The translations under genes were made by a program, and so were the position numbers. This document shows positions 26,022 through 39,702 of a stretch of 64,000 bases of DNA, in pieces. Numbering within the stretch: the stretch's first letter is position 1; each line of letters opens with the position of its first letter. Source of the DNA: Zootoca vivipara (Eukaryota); NCBI RefSeq assembly GCF_963506605.1, contig NC_083284.1, positions 23,250,001 to 23,314,000 on the forward strand, in the 5' to 3' direction. The notes under the pieces are model-generated. The model made no database searches, was not told the origin of the DNA, and was given only the letters and a program-made list of their open reading frames with translations.

Positions 26022-27310
26022 GTAATTCATTCCCATGTAAGAGGTTTGCAAATGTAATCCAATTTGGTCTGGTTTTTTTTTTAATTTATAATTGTTTGGA
26101 TTTTAGCAGGCTTTATCCACCCTGGAGAAGCTAAAATGCCTGCATTCCCCTACCCCCACCCCAAATTTCATCCAATCGTGTCAAACAGAGAGAAAAGTAG
26201 CCATGAAAAAAACTCCCCATGATAGTGAATGCAGAGTCATGACACTTGGAATTTTATGAGTTGTGATTTGGATTTGGATCTGAACCAAATCACTCATCTT
26301 CTGAACTGGCCTGAACCAAATCAAGCTGTTTTCCGAAGCACCAAATTGGGTTCCAAACCAAATCTTGTGGTTTGCTCACAGCCCTGTTATAAATCTTTTA
26401 AAAAGGGGAACTATCCATCAGAACAGTTCATGCCCTCCTTCTCTTGACAATAAAAATTTAAAGCTCAGCTGTGGTATTTTATATTGTGCTGCAAGCCAGT
26501 GTAAATCCACATGTTGGTATTATGATGCTGCAAAAATATAGTAATAAAGTTGCCTTCTCTAGCTGTTCCAGCAACTACCCATTTTCTCTGGCAACATCAT
26601 TGTTTTGTAACACTTTTAAGATCAATAGGAAATATGAAGAGCTGTCCAGAAAAGAGTAGATGAACTTTTAAAAACTACTGTTTATTTTCCTGTTGCCTAC
26701 TATTACTTTTCCTGTCATTTTTTAAAAAAATCCATGTGGGTCCTCCTCTATTTACTTAAAAAGTAGTCTCTCTGATTCAAGATCATATTCTCTTTCAAGA
26801 GAAACTGTATGCAACAATCAATTCTCCACAACTAATAGTGGGCTTGTATTTGATGACACAAACATTTATTTCTAGGAGGGCTTTGCAAGTAATTACACTC
26901 ATGCAACAGTGACAAACTCTCCAAATAACTGAAACTTCCAGAACAGGGGGAATAAGCTTTAATTTATCAATAATGAGAATGTGCACTCTCCACATGCTCA
27001 GAGGAACTCTTTCTCACATACTCCAGAACGCAGTACTGGAAACAGATTCCACATTTTATCCCTGGGTAGTCTTAGCACAAAGGAAGCCATGGCGATGGCA
27101 TTGCCCAACCCCTGCCCAACCCTTCCACAGTTTGGTTTGGTTTTCTTTATTTTTGTTCTTAGGGTGTGTGTGTGTGCGCGCGCGCGTGCGTGCGTGCGCG
27201 CATATATAAGTCCCTTGGTTTGTATCTTAAAGGAAATGATCACTGAATGGCACCTTCCTCCAGCGTCAAGGCCCAACTGCATGCAACATGGAATATCTCT
27301 GGCTGTTTAT

Positions 27311-27560
27311 CATAGCTGCCAAGTCTCCCGTTTTCCCCGGGAAATCCCCGTTTTTCCAGCTGTTCCTAGCTGAAAAAATGGTTTTTTTTTGTTTTTCCCG
27401 GTTTATTCTGGCGTGGCGGCCATTTTGGAACTGGGCAAAGCAGCATCAAAAGTCACTTCTGAGCATGCTCCGCCCAGTTCCAAAATGGCGGCAGTGCTAC
27501 TTCCGGTCTGCGATTTCCGGCCCGGTCCCTTATTTCTCTGACAGCAACTTGGCAGGTATG
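27311..27560 (+). mobile_element. hAT MITE (catagctgccaag family)
   Basis: CATAGCTGCCAAG...CTTGGCAGGTATG termini; TSD CTGTTTAT on both sides. Confidence 0.9.
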
Positions 27561-27837
27561 CTGTTTATACCTAAAAAAATAGCTATGCAACAGGGATGGT
27601 AAAAGCAAAGGCTGGTAAAAGTCTGTGTTGCCAGAGAAGATTTGCTTATTTTCTCCCCTGTTCTGATATTTTCCCCATCAGCCCCACTGCCCTGCTAAGA
27701 TTCTGTATTTCCCCCTCATTTCATTTATAGTTTGGTGCTGAGTTTCTATGCCAGCTGGGTTAACCCGAGAAGCAAGGCTGGTGGAACCTTTTTTTGTTGT
27801 TGATAGCCACGTTCCTTTTGGGGTAATCTGTCAGGGC

Positions 27838-28171
27838 CATACCTACCAAGTTTGTGTGGGAGAAATAAGGGACCAGACCGGAAGTAGCAGACCGGAAGTA
27901 GTGCTGCCGCCATTTTGGAACTGGGCAGAGCATGCTCAGAAGCGACTTTTGATGCTGCTTTGCCCAGTTCCAAAATGGCCGTCACGCCAGAAGTCGCACT
28001 GCAGCCATTTTGGAACTGGGCAGAGCTGCATCAAAAGTCGTTTCTGAGCATGCTCCGTCCAGTTCCAAAATGGCCGCCGCACCAGAATAAACCAGGAAAA
28101 AACAAAAAAATCCGTTTTTTCAGCTGAGAACAGCTAGAAAAATGGGGAATACGGGAGACTTGGCAGCTATG
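27838..28171 (-). mobile_element. hAT MITE (same family, opposite orientation)
   Basis: CATACCTACCAAG...CTTGGCAGCTATG termini; TSD gtcagggc/atcagggc (7/8). Confidence 0.88.
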
Positions 28172-28469
28172 ATCAGGGCCATAGATGGCCACCACTCTTA
28201 TCTTCTTTTTCAGGCAGATATGAGGGCTTGGCCACTAGCCAGGCACACAAAAGAGTCCACCTGTACTTCATACACCTGTGATTTCTGCTCCCCCACACCA
28301 CAACGATGCCCTGAGCCTCGAATCATATATCACACAAGAAATTACTCCTGGGTTCCAAAAGTGGTTGGGTGGCTAAGAAGAAGAAGGAACAGCTGCAGAA
28401 ACTAGGGTTGCCATATTTCAAACAGAAGCAAAATAAACAAACGGTGTGCAGGAAGATGCAGTAATTTTG

Positions 28470-28894
28470 CTTTATCACTACCCCAAGGAGTCTCAAAGCG
28501 GCTAACATTCTCCTTTCCCTTCCTCCTCCACAACAAGCCCTCTGTGAGGTGAGTGAGGCTGAGACACTTCAGATTAGTGTGACTAGCCCAAGGTCACTCA
28601 GCAGCTGCATGTGGAGGAGTGGGGAAGCGAACCCAGTTCACGAGAGCCAGTGTGGTGTAGTGGTTAAGAGTGGTAGACTCGTAATGTGGGGAACCGGGTT
28701 TGCGTTTCCTCCACATGCAGCTGCTGGGTGACCTTGGGCTAGTCACACTTCTCTCTGAAGTCTCTCAGCCTCACTCACCTCACAGAGTGCTTGTTGTGGG
28801 GGAGGAAGGGAAAGGAGAATGTTAGCCGCTTTATCACTTAGGGTAGTGATAAAGCAGGATATCAAATCCAAACTACTCCTCCTCCTCCTCCTCC

Positions 28895-28948
<54 letters not shown>

Positions 28949-28987
28949 GAGTCCACCACTCTTAACCATTACACCACACTGGCTCTC
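28470..28987. mobile_element. Nested tRNA-SINE pair: minus-strand copy (28470-28640 plus 28945-28987) interrupted by a plus-strand copy (28643-28875 plus tail)
   Basis: The halves gaacccagttcac / attacgagtccaccactcttaacc rejoin to the 19625-type sequence; the inner copy is its reverse complement. Confidence 0.8.
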
Positions 28988-31964
28988 ACATTGCCCCCAT
29001 ATCTGCCCATGTGGTTTGCTGCATACATGCGATATGGTCAAACCCAGGGGTGGTTAGCAACAGGAGTGTGACTGTGTGAGGGTGAGATACCACCAGCAAA
29101 GAAGCCAGGTTTAAAGCTACATTTCCTGCTCCTATCAAATTTCCTACTTGGCCTTTCCTCTGTATTGCTTCTTGGATTCTGTTTTCCTGATTGAAGTGCT
29201 TGGATGTTGGGTTCCTCAGATTAAATGTTGAGAAGTAGCTTTTTATAGCAGGAATGGGGAATGTGTGGCCCCCTCAGATACCATTGGGCATTAGCCACGC
29301 TGACTGGGGCTGATGGGAGCAGGCCATAATTTCTTCAACCCTTTTTTAGAAAATGCACTGGCTACTCACTCCAAGGAACAAAGTCATTTGGTATTGAATG
29401 TTGGCAATTTCCTATTGTCATATTTAGCTCCGATTGTTTCAAAGAAATGTGTCGGCACTGCATCTAAAAATGCATATCAATTTCATGTCAATTTCATGCC
29501 ATTTTCTTAGCCTTCTCCAGGGGTCAAGCCACAGGAAATAGATACGCAACATTCCAAGGTGATAAAAGCAACAGAATGGGGATGTGTGGTCCAATCCTTT
29601 TCATGCTCAGCCAAAGTTATTATTTGGAACTTACACCACAATAGTTATGCACAGAATTGCAGCCTTACAGTGCAATGCTGCACATGTCTCCTTAGAATTA
29701 ACCCCACTGAATTCATTGAGGATTACTCCCAACTAAGGGTTTATAGGTTTGCAGCCTAAGCCACAGTTTTAGAACTGATTTTGCAGTGCTGTTCTTAAGT
29801 TTAGCCCTGTTGACCATAGTAGGACCTCAGAGTAAATATGCATATAATCTTGTAGTAATGTAGATTATAGAGCATAAGATTGGTTGCTTAAAGCATTAAA
29901 ACAAGGACAGCGGCTTGGGTGGGGGGGTCAGTTCATATGGTGCAAAAATCAGAAATCCCCACATATATTTCATCAAGTTTTTCATATTTATAAAGTGTTG
30001 TGTGCCCATGTAGTAATTTACATCACTGTCACATTTGATGATTTACATATGGCAGTTGTGAAATGTCCTACACAGAACTGACTTTTCACATAAGATTTTC
30101 TTAATGTGATGGGGCAATTATTGTTCACAAAGTACTTAGTGTTCGGACAGTGTTCTGTTGTAATGATTAAAGGAACCCAAGGCTTCTGTTTTCTCTGCAA
30201 TGAGGTTGTAAGTTCAAATGTTCAAGTCAAAATATTTTCATTTTAAATGTGTTTTATAGCTTGTATTTCAGGACCAGAACCAAGATATCGGGGGTGGGGG
30301 TGTGTGCTTGTTCTCTTCTAAATCTTCCATGCAATTGATGTAATTTGAACTGCTTTAAAAACTGTGACAAAATTGGAATCCCACCTCCCACCCCCCCACC
30401 CCCCAGCCACCGAGCTGAAAATGAGCAGAGACATATTGCTGGAAACTTATTTATTTATGAAAATATTTATATTTTCAGCCCCATTCCAACATGGCTCACA
30501 AAAGCCTTTTAAAACAACATACAATTGGTAAAGCGATTAAAACAAAGAACCCAGATGAAAACCAATAACCAGATGTTAAGATTGCAGAAGGGGAGAAAGA
30601 ATCTAAGAACAATGAATGAGTCAACACAGGAAAATGCCAGTAAATAATGAGTCAGTTGGGCTTCTTGCGGAACATACTGGTAATTCCACAATCTGGGTGC
30701 CAAAACTGAAAAGGTCCTGTCCCATTTTCAGCCTCTGAGAAATGGCAATAGGACAAAGAGCACTGCCTGTGATAATGATTGTACTTTTTGACCAAACTTA
30801 CGTGGGGGAAGGCAATTCTTCCAAGTTGCCTACTCCCAGAGTTTATGACTTTATATAGCTAAGGACTCAATTCACTGAATTGTGACTGGAAATGCCAGTG
30901 CAGTTTGAACGATGTCGGAGTTACACCCTCTGAAAAACAGTTCACAGACAAAACATATCTGCTTTAGTATTATAAATTTAAAGTATATTGTTTGCACAGT
31001 TTATTGCTCACCATACAGATGTCTTGTAACATTTCCTTTTGTCTCATCTCCATCAACTTAGTTACTGTAGAAATCAGTCCTTGTTGGGGATGATCTTCCC
31101 AAACCAAATAGTATATGTTTTGGATTTTGGATTATTTTTTTAAGGTAATTACAGCTTTTATGAAACTTGGGGGGTTCAGTTTGAGGGAGGGAGGATGACG
31201 CCTGACATAGAGAGAAGATAAGTCTCAATGATCTGATTGTGAGTTGTTTGAAGTGTGCAGCCTGTGGGCTATATCCTGATGGGTCTTGCTCTTGTGGGTT
31301 CAAGTCAGAAAGAAACAAGGCCTCTTTGCTTCAGAATCAGATGCATTCCATATGGCAATACTGGGAGGTGCAAAGATAAGGGCGGTTGTTTGTACAAATA
31401 TTTTGCACAAATATTTCCCTGGCCTTGATGTTAAAACATGCTTAAAATCTGAGCCCAGGGGTACACTTTAAAAGATGGTAAACAATATATGATGTTTGCT
31501 TACTGGGGTTATCTGAAGGAAGTCCATGTTTGTTTGAGAATTAACAACAGCAGCAGGAAGAGTATTACTCCTGTCCACTCTACTCTACTGGCAAGAGTAA
31601 TTTCACAAGCAACGAAAGCTTCAGCCTTCCTATTTAAATGGGGTGGCCACATTTCTAGGTGGGGCATTTGAGGGAAGGAGGTGGAAAGGATGTGAGAGCC
31701 AGATCAGGAAAAGGAAAAGGCCCTCACTCCTCCTCCATGCAGAGAGTATGTTAAAAGTCTGCTGACGACTGGCATAATTTGCTCCTCAGTGGGAAAGAAA
31801 TTGGATTAAAACAAAAGAAAACCAGAAAAGCACAGAGGAGAGGAAGGTTGTACCTTTCGTTTCACTTCCACCCTGCCAAAAGCAGCTCAGTAAGTCAATG
31901 GATTTGTCCACTTTCGGTTCTTCCTCCCCAACCGTCAACCCCATTTTAGGATGACAGCTTAAGT

Positions 31965-32100
31965 CAGGCATCCCCAAACTTCGGCCCTCCAGATGTTATG
32001 GACTACAATTCCCATCATCCCTGGCCACTGGTCCTGTTAGCTAGGGATCATGGGAGTTGTAGGCCAAAACATCTGGAGGGCCTCAGTTTGGGGATGCCTG
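31965..32100. mobile_element. Short hAT MITE
   Basis: CAGGCATCCCCAAAC...GTTTGGGGATGCCTG TIRs; TSD GCTTAAGT on both sides. Confidence 0.92.
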
Positions 32101-32224
32101 GCTTAAGTGATCTTTGTTTTTTTTTAATTATTTCAGCAGTGGAAGAGGACTCTGTGGGTACAGAGTCTGCATTGGCAACACCCCGAATGTGAGCAAATGA
32201 GCAAAGAATACAAAGACAAATGTG

Positions 32225-35200
32225 GGCAAAGGGACATTTTAATATATTTAATCTTTTTATACATTTCTTTCTAAATTACAAAGTCGACAAGTTGCAAGTA
32301 TAGTTTGCTGCAAAAAGCTTTCTGTACGAAATATCTTCTATAAGAAAATACATCTCATTAAACATTTCCTGTAAATAAATTACTTCAAATGCTAGTTCTT
32401 GCAGGAGAATTATGGGAAGGGCATGCAGAAGCCATCAGATAACGCTTAAATGAGTGGGAGCTTTACTCTGGCTGTGCTGAGGGACACCGACTCCTTCCTG
32501 TAGTCTCACAGAGGCAAAAGGATTTCAGATACGCACTTCCATCCCTTAAGGGCGTTCAGAAATGAAAATGTCTTCTTGAAACTGTACATTTTTCCAGCCT
32601 TAGTCTTGTTTTCATTGCAGTAGAGCCTTGGCGGAAACCTGTAGTACTCCATGTGATGCAGTGGAGAGGAAACTGGGGCTCTCTACCCCTAGGCAGCACA
32701 GAGACAATGGTAAGAGAGGTGGAAGAGGTTTCCCACCTCTCCACTAAAGTAAGCCAATTACAGTTTCCTGTATTCAGTCCTTAAAATAAGTCCCAGTGAG
32801 ATACAGAATTAAGCCTTTCCTTTTTGGAGTTTACATAGTCCTTTGTAAATAATATTATTATTTAGAAAAATACAACCATGGGCAAAATCCCTCTGACCTA
32901 ATCTTAGTTAGTTTGCTTCTGTTCTTAGCTACTGATATGTTGCCATCTACATGCAAACTACATGTTGCACACAAATGCTAGAAATGAAGACCTAGCTGTT
33001 TTTCAATGAGAAGGCTGAATTTTTGAATGAAGTTGTGCATGGAAAGAGAGAGGTCAGTCTGCCATTTTCCCACCACTGTTTTCTCACTCAATATGCTCCC
33101 CAAGCTGCTGGTCCTCCAAATGATGGTGGACTTCAACACCCATCAGCCCCAGACAGCATGGCCAAGGGTCAAGGAGGATGGCCATTGGTAGTCCAGTAGC
33201 ACTAGGCAGGCCACAGGTTCCTTGCCCATGCCTGAGAGGGTGTACATTATCCCGAATATTGTGCATAGGTGTTGATACTAAGGCCTGAGGTCAAAGGGCT
33301 GAACCCAGGATATATAGGCACTATGCTCTTAAAACCATTTCATTGTCATGGCTTTCTTTGAAGTCCATCAAAGTGGAATCTTAAAATAATTCTCAGCACT
33401 CTCCCTAAAGGACAGTTAGTGAAGAAGCCATGGCAGATGGACTGGTTCAAATCCAGTTTCTATTTGTAGTGTAGACACATGCTCCTAGATAATTTTAGGT
33501 ACCTTCCAACCCTTTGGTTCGATAATGACATGATAAATCATTCTCCTTATTCACAAATATATGAGAGTTACCTTTTTTAAAAAAAAATAGAGATAAAGAA
33601 AATGTAGCATAAGGCTTGCGTTTACTGAGAAATTTCGATACTGGTTACAAATAGACCATAATTTTCATGGCACGTTGTCATAAGGTGGCTACGGGAAGCC
33701 AGGAAAATATGGCTTATGGAAAGTGAGATAGCCAGGGAACCCCTTTTCCGTTAGACTGCTTCAGATGCTTCATTTTCACATAGATACGATCACACTGCTG
33801 TTGCAAATGGCACATGGTAGCAGGAAAAACTCAGTCTAACACACACAGACACACACACCCCGCCTCTGAGTAGCATTTAAAAAGGGAATGCCAATAATCA
33901 ACAATATTTCCTGGAGAGTGATCCTACCCCTTTTCAAGGCTCCAGCGCTTACACAAATAACACATTTGAAAAACAAGTATAGTATAGTAAAAGAAAATGC
34001 AAGAGTGTTAGGAGGGTGGTGGTGGAATGATTGAACAGGTCACCATTCATCTTTGTCAGTCCATTAATACTGTGGCGGTGATAGTGAACACTGTTATCCA
34101 CTACAGTCAATGGGAATCCAGCAGCAAGTGATACTATCCACATTCCAAATCTTTGCAAGTCTGAGTTGTTATATTTTAACATGTGATGCCATTTGCTGAT
34201 CACACTTTGTGCCTCCATGTCCATCTCGTTTTCTTTTCCATTTCCCCCCTGTTGCTGCCGGCATAGGATGCTTTCATTTTAATGTCTCCAAACCACAGAA
34301 GATCTGTACTGAAAGCCCTCTTGATGCTGTTATTTAGTAGTATGCACAGTCAATGGACACTGGATGCCCCAGCCGGAGGCAAAGCTGAAAAAATAGTTCA
34401 CAATACAACCCACAATTCCCCACTATTTACAGCTAGCAGCTCAGTATACAATTCTGCTCAGAATGCATTCATGGGCACTTTGCTTTTTTTCTCTGTTAGC
34501 CCCCTGTGTGCTAGCAGTAAACTGAGACCAACAGAAGCCATTGGCTATGAAGATGAAATTATTTGGGTGTTGTGGTCCAAATGCTTAACAGCATGAAAAT
34601 CGAAAACATCATCTCTGCTTTATTACCTCTGTTCAAGGCAGATTTTGCCAGGCGTGTGTGTGTGTGTGTGTGTGTAATGAGTGAAATTTTTCCATTTGCA
34701 TTGCATCTTCCAGACGTATCCCTTGTTTGGCAGGAGAAGCTTTCTCATTCAAGTGACAGCCTTGGGTTGTTCATGGGTAATGTTAACAGATAAAGACATG
34801 TATGGTAATTCCCCCCTTTGGCCTCTGATAGCTTCACTTTACTAAGATGGTTTTTTGTTCGGTACCCAAGAAGGTGCCGATAGAAAAGTCATTTGGCAAA
34901 GCACTGCTTTGTGTTGTAAATATGTCATATAGCAATATTTTACAATCATAATGGGGGGGGAACCTAACCACAACCAATGTGGAGAATTCACAAAGCCATA
35001 CGTCAAAAACATGAGTTAAATGTCAAATGTCATTGGCACAGCGCTTTTCCACAAATGTCTGGCAGAGAGGCACCACGTCACAAATGAAAGGCCAGCTGCC
35101 ACCGTATTCACCTCCAGGGCAGAAATATAATTCAGTTTGGGATGTTGTTTCTTCCCACAACAATGCATACTTCGGCCATTTGGTTCTTATTTACAATCCT

Positions 35201-35276
35201 TGCATTCGACGATGCTGCGATGCGTACATTTTGCCAGTTCTTCACGGCCTCTGAATGACAGTCTCCCAGTCCACCT
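32225..35276 (-). other. DKK2: Probable DKK2 3'UTR
   Basis: Repeat-poor AT-rich sequence downstream of the stop, ending at two ATTAAA hexamers on the minus strand. The end point is inferred, not shown. Confidence 0.55.
32238..32252 (-). terminator. Candidate polyadenylation signals (2x ATTAAA) of DKK2
   Basis: Plus-strand tttaat at 32238-32243 and 32247-32252, at the end of an AT-rich stretch. Confidence 0.45.
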
Positions 35277-35527
35277 TCAGATCTTCTGGCACACGTGAAG
35301 CCTCGCTTTTGAAGAGTAAGTGGCGTCTTTCCAGATTTTGCACGACAGCCCTTTGGCACAGTCACATCGCTGGAAAATCTCCAAGCCGTGGGACCCCTTC
35401 TTGCGTTGCTTGGTGCACACCTCCCCCTGGTGCAAGACGGGCTTGCAAATTTTGGTCCAGAAATGGCGAGCACAACAAAAGCCCTCAGTGCAGTCGGAAG
35501 ACCTTAAGCAGGAGTCTCCTTCGTGGC
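35277..35527 (-). CDS. DKK2: Dickkopf-2 exon 4 coding part (CRD2, colipase fold, stop codon)
   Basis: Acceptor ttttttttag|GC. Translates (G)HEGDSCLRSSDCTEGFCCARHFWTKICKPVLHQGEVCTKQRKKGSHGLEIFQRCDCAKGLSCKIWKDATYSSKARLHVCQKI*, the DKK2 C-terminus. Confidence 0.98.
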
Positions 35528-36000
35528 CTAAAAAAAAAAGCAACTGCATAGTTAATATACAGGGAAGAAGAGCACGGAAAGGAATCAAACATGGGCTTTA
35601 TATATTAAAAAAAACTCACAGCACAATACAGTTGAGGGAGAAACTATGCCAGAAGTGGGACTTGCAATGAAATTTTGTACTGTAGGCTTACCCACCAATG
35701 GGAAGGCTCCAATGTGGATGACTTTAAAGAGGATTAGACAAATTCATGGCTCCTGGACATGATGGTTATGGTGAGAGAGTGCTCTTGTGTCCAGGTCCTG
35801 CTTGCAGGCTTCCCACAGGCCACTGTGAGAACAGGATGCTGGACTACCATAGCTAGGCCACTGGCCTGATCCAGCAGCTTCTTTTTATGTTCTTTAGCAC
35901 CTTTTCCAGGCAAGTTTACTCAAAGGTGACACAGAATTTAATGCTAGTAAGTGTGTTTAAGATTCCAAACTACTAGTCCAGTTCTATGCATGTAGGTCAC

Positions 36001-36050
<50 letters not shown>

Positions 36051-36852
36051 TTTCCCCAGCCACTCTGGGTGTCTCCCAATGGAATATTAAAAATAGAATA
36101 AAACATTAAAAACTTCCCTAAACAGGGCTGCCTTCAGATGTCTTGTAAAAGTCAGATAGTTGTTTATTTCCTTGACATCTGTTGGGAGGGCGTTCCACAA
36201 GGCGGGTGCCACTACCGAGAAGGCCTTCTGCCTGGTTCCATGTAACCTCACTTCTCACAGCGAGGGAACTGCCAGAAGGCCCTCGGCATTGGACCTCAGT
36301 GTCTGGGCTGAACGATGGGAGTGGAGACGCTCCTTCAGGTATACTGGGCCGAGGCCATTTAGGGCTTTAAAGGTCAGCACCAACACTTTGAATTGTGCCT
36401 GGAAACGTACTGGGAGCCAATGTAGGTCTTTCAAGACCGGTGTTATGTAGTCTCGGCAGCCACTCCCAGTCACCAGTCTAGCTGCCGCATTCTGGATTAG
36501 TTGCAGTTTCCGGGTCACCTTCAAAGGTAGCCCCAAGTAGAGCACGTTGCAGTAGTCCAAGCGGGAGATAACCAGAGCATGCACCACTCTTGCAAGACAG
36601 TCCACAGGCAGATAGGGTCTCAGCCTGCATACCAGATGGAGCTGGTAGACAGCTGCCCTGGACACAGAATTGACCTGCGCCTCCATGAACAGCTGTGAGT
36701 CCAAAATGACTCCCAGGCTGCACACCTGGTCTTTCAGGGGCACAGTTACCCCATTCAGGACCAGGGAGTCCTTCACACCCACCCGCCCAAACAGTACTTC
36801 TGTCTTGTCAGGATTCAAACTCAATCTGCTAGCTGCCATCCATCCTCCAACC

Positions 36853-36912
<60 letters not shown>

Positions 36913-37268
36913 TATTATTTATACTCCGCCCATCTGGCTGGGTTTCCCCAACACTTTGGGTGCACTTTAAAATACAATAGTCTATTAAACATCAAAAGCT
37001 TCCCTAAACAGGGCTGTCTTCAGATGTCTTCTAAAAGTCTGGTAGTTGTTTTTCTCTTTGACATCTGGTGGAAGGGCCTTCCACAGGGTGGGTGCCACTA
37101 CCGAGAAGGCCCTCTGCCTCGTTCCCTGTAACTTGGCTTCTCGCAGCGAGGGAACCGCCAGAAGGCCCTCGGCACTGGACCTCAGTGTCTGGGCAGAACA
37201 ATAGGGGTGGAGGCACACACACAGGACATTCACCGCCTTCACTGGTTCTGATTTGAAAGAGAGGTAGA
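36001..37268 (-). mobile_element. L2 fragment (36001-36852, resuming ~37212-37268) with a second L2 3' end nested inside (36853-37211), in DKK2 intron 3
   Basis: ORF 36255..36854 is L2 RT C-terminal sequence. Sequence after 37212 (cacacaggacattcaccgcc) continues the L2 close to where 36852 stops, by comparison with 2205-2280. Two (AAT)n tails. Confidence 0.85.
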
Positions 37269-38397
37269 AATTTCTTCAGTGGGGCCTATCCAGGTAAGCG
37301 TGCTTAAGACTGCAGCTTTGATCAATTAAAAAAGACCTCATTCTTTCCAGTCATATTTATGAAGGAAACTCATTGCTGAATGTATGTATTGCTATCGCTG
37401 TATATGAGCATCTGATTAATTCAGTATGCTAGAATGGAGTAGCTCCGCATCCTGTGAAACTACGGTAAAGATTACGAAATGCACATTGCAAAACACTCAC
37501 ATGGCATTTCAGGGTTTTTAGAAATATGTTATTGCCATGGAAGGATGGGCTATAAAGAGTTGTAGCCAAAGTTTGTCCTACTGATGACACATTGAAACTA
37601 CTAGACGTGACTGAGGCTCACTAATTTCAACGAATCTTCTTGGAACTGGATTACCGTTGGATGCAATACAAATACTCATAAACAAACAAACAAGCTTCCA
37701 CTGCCAAGGCACGGGACTTCATAAAAGTGGGGAGAAGTCTTCTTTCAAATCAGGTGGCCACACACAGTTAAGATACGTCTCTGCAGAGGCACTCCTTGGG
37801 CTGTTCCAAGCCATCGCTCTCTTGCTTGGTGTGGGTGTCTTGTTTATGTACCAAAGAGGTGCATTACAAATGTGTCATTTGATCCTTTCAAGCAATGTGC
37901 TGCACGACTTTTCCACAGTAAATATGTTTACTGAAAAGGGGGGAGTGGGAGCATGCTGTTTTAATTCTTAAAAGTACACAGAGGAACAGAACGAAAACAT
38001 GGGGGAATGGGAAGGGAGAGAGAGAGAGAGAAAAAAAATCCTAGTCTAAACAAAAGGCTGCAAATACTTGCATAGGTGGCTATAACTGCAATCATATGCT
38101 CACTTTTCAGGGTATAAGACCCATAGGATGCAGCAGGGCTTTCTTCTGAGTAAATGCACTTGCATTGCAGGACTGCACTTTTAGGTCATTCACATTTCCA
38201 ATCGCCCAAATTCTGTGATGTGCACACACCCTTCCTTGGCTCCTCTTAGGCACTAACCTGTTTATTACAGTATGAGCTTTCATACTCAAAAGTTGCATGC
38301 TTAAGAGGAATCAAACCAGTACAACACAAGCTGTTACTAAGGCTTTGTCTCTTTTTTACTAAGCTGTCTCTTTTTGGCTTGGCTAACCCCTGAAAAA

Positions 38398-38745
38398 GGG
38401 GACCCAGGTAGCGCTGTGGTTAAACCACTGAGTCTAGGGCTTGCTGATCAGAAGGTCGGCGGTTCGAATCCCTGCGACGGGGTGAGCTCCCGTTGCTTGG
38501 TCCCAGCTCCTGCCAACCTAGCAGTTCGAAAGCACGTCAAAATGCAAGTAGATAAAAAGGAACCGCTACAGCGGGAAGATAAACGGTGTTTCCATGTGCT
38601 GCTCTGGTTTGCCAGAAGCAGCTTTGTCATGCTGGCCACATGACCTGGAAGCTATACACCGGCTCCTCGGCCAATAATGCGAGATGAGCGCGCAACCCCA
38701 GAGTCGGTCACGACTGGACCTAATGGTCAGGGGTCCCTTTACCTT
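38398..38745 (+). mobile_element. Sauria SINE
   Basis: Full-length gggacccagg...cctttacc; TSD TAACCCCTGAAAA. Confidence 0.92.
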
Positions 38746-39404
38746 TTTTAACCCCTGAAAAGTAGTTCACCACTGTTCCTCCAATGGCATTTTTTTATCC
38801 CCTTCTTTAAATTGATTTATTTCTAACCTGCTTTTGGTCTTACCGTGCAATATAGTTTTTACTAATCTTTGAATTATTGCTTGTCATTGCATTAATTGTC
38901 TTTAATAATTTCGTACGCAGCTAGAATTTTTTTTGATAAATGATAGAAATGCTTCAAATAATTAAATAGAATATATGAGCAAGTGCCCAAGACCATTCAT
39001 GGAGTTTGATTTGAACTCAAAGCTATGCTGGTTCACCTGCTCAAGGGAACCCATTGCCAACTGATATCATGCCCTCACCCTGATGCTCCTCCTCCATGTT
39101 TACTTGTTTGTTTACCTGCTGTCTCTGAGTGAGTAAACAGTGACAGGAGAAAGGTAGAAGATGCTCGCCTTCCCTTTCTCCTTTCAGAGGAAGAGGCTGC
39201 AGCTCAGTGGTAGAGCTGGAAAAGGCTCAGGTTGGAAATCTTGCAGACCCGCTACTAGATAGGACAACACTGAGCTCAGTGGACCAATGATTTGACTTGG
39301 TATCAGTCCCAGAGGATTAGTCCCAGAGGAAGAGGGCAGACAAAATGGGAAGCCAGATACGGCCACAGGATCAGACTGTGATTCACTAGACACCATACTG
39401 CCTG

Positions 39405-39472
<68 letters not shown>

Positions 39473-39552
39473 GGCAATGTTAAACATTTCAAAGCAAAAA
39501 GCTTTTCAGAAGACCATCTCTTCAAGGCAGTTTATGGACAACACGGCCTTAC

Positions 39553-39702
39553 CTTTTGTGTGTGTCAGCTTGGTCTGCCCTTTCCCAAGATTCTGCCATC
39601 CCAAATCCTTAGTGGGATAATGATTATTTTTCTTGTTGCGAGGTACTTCCAAGGCTGGGATGTGGGGAGTAAGAATGCTCTCAGTTACTGGTATACAAAT
39701 AC
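39553..39702 (-). CDS. DKK2: Dickkopf-2 exon 3 (end of CRD1 and linker)
   Basis: 150-nt exon bounded by tttctag|GT and AAAG|gtaag. Translates (G)ICIPVTESILTPHIPALEVPRNKKNNHYPTKDLGWQNLGKGQTKLTHTK(G); contained in ORF 39506..39769. Confidence 0.96.

Noticed and set aside
35255-35670. Plus-strand ORFs antisense to DKK2 exon 4
   Set aside because: Shadows of the conserved coding exon with no independent support.
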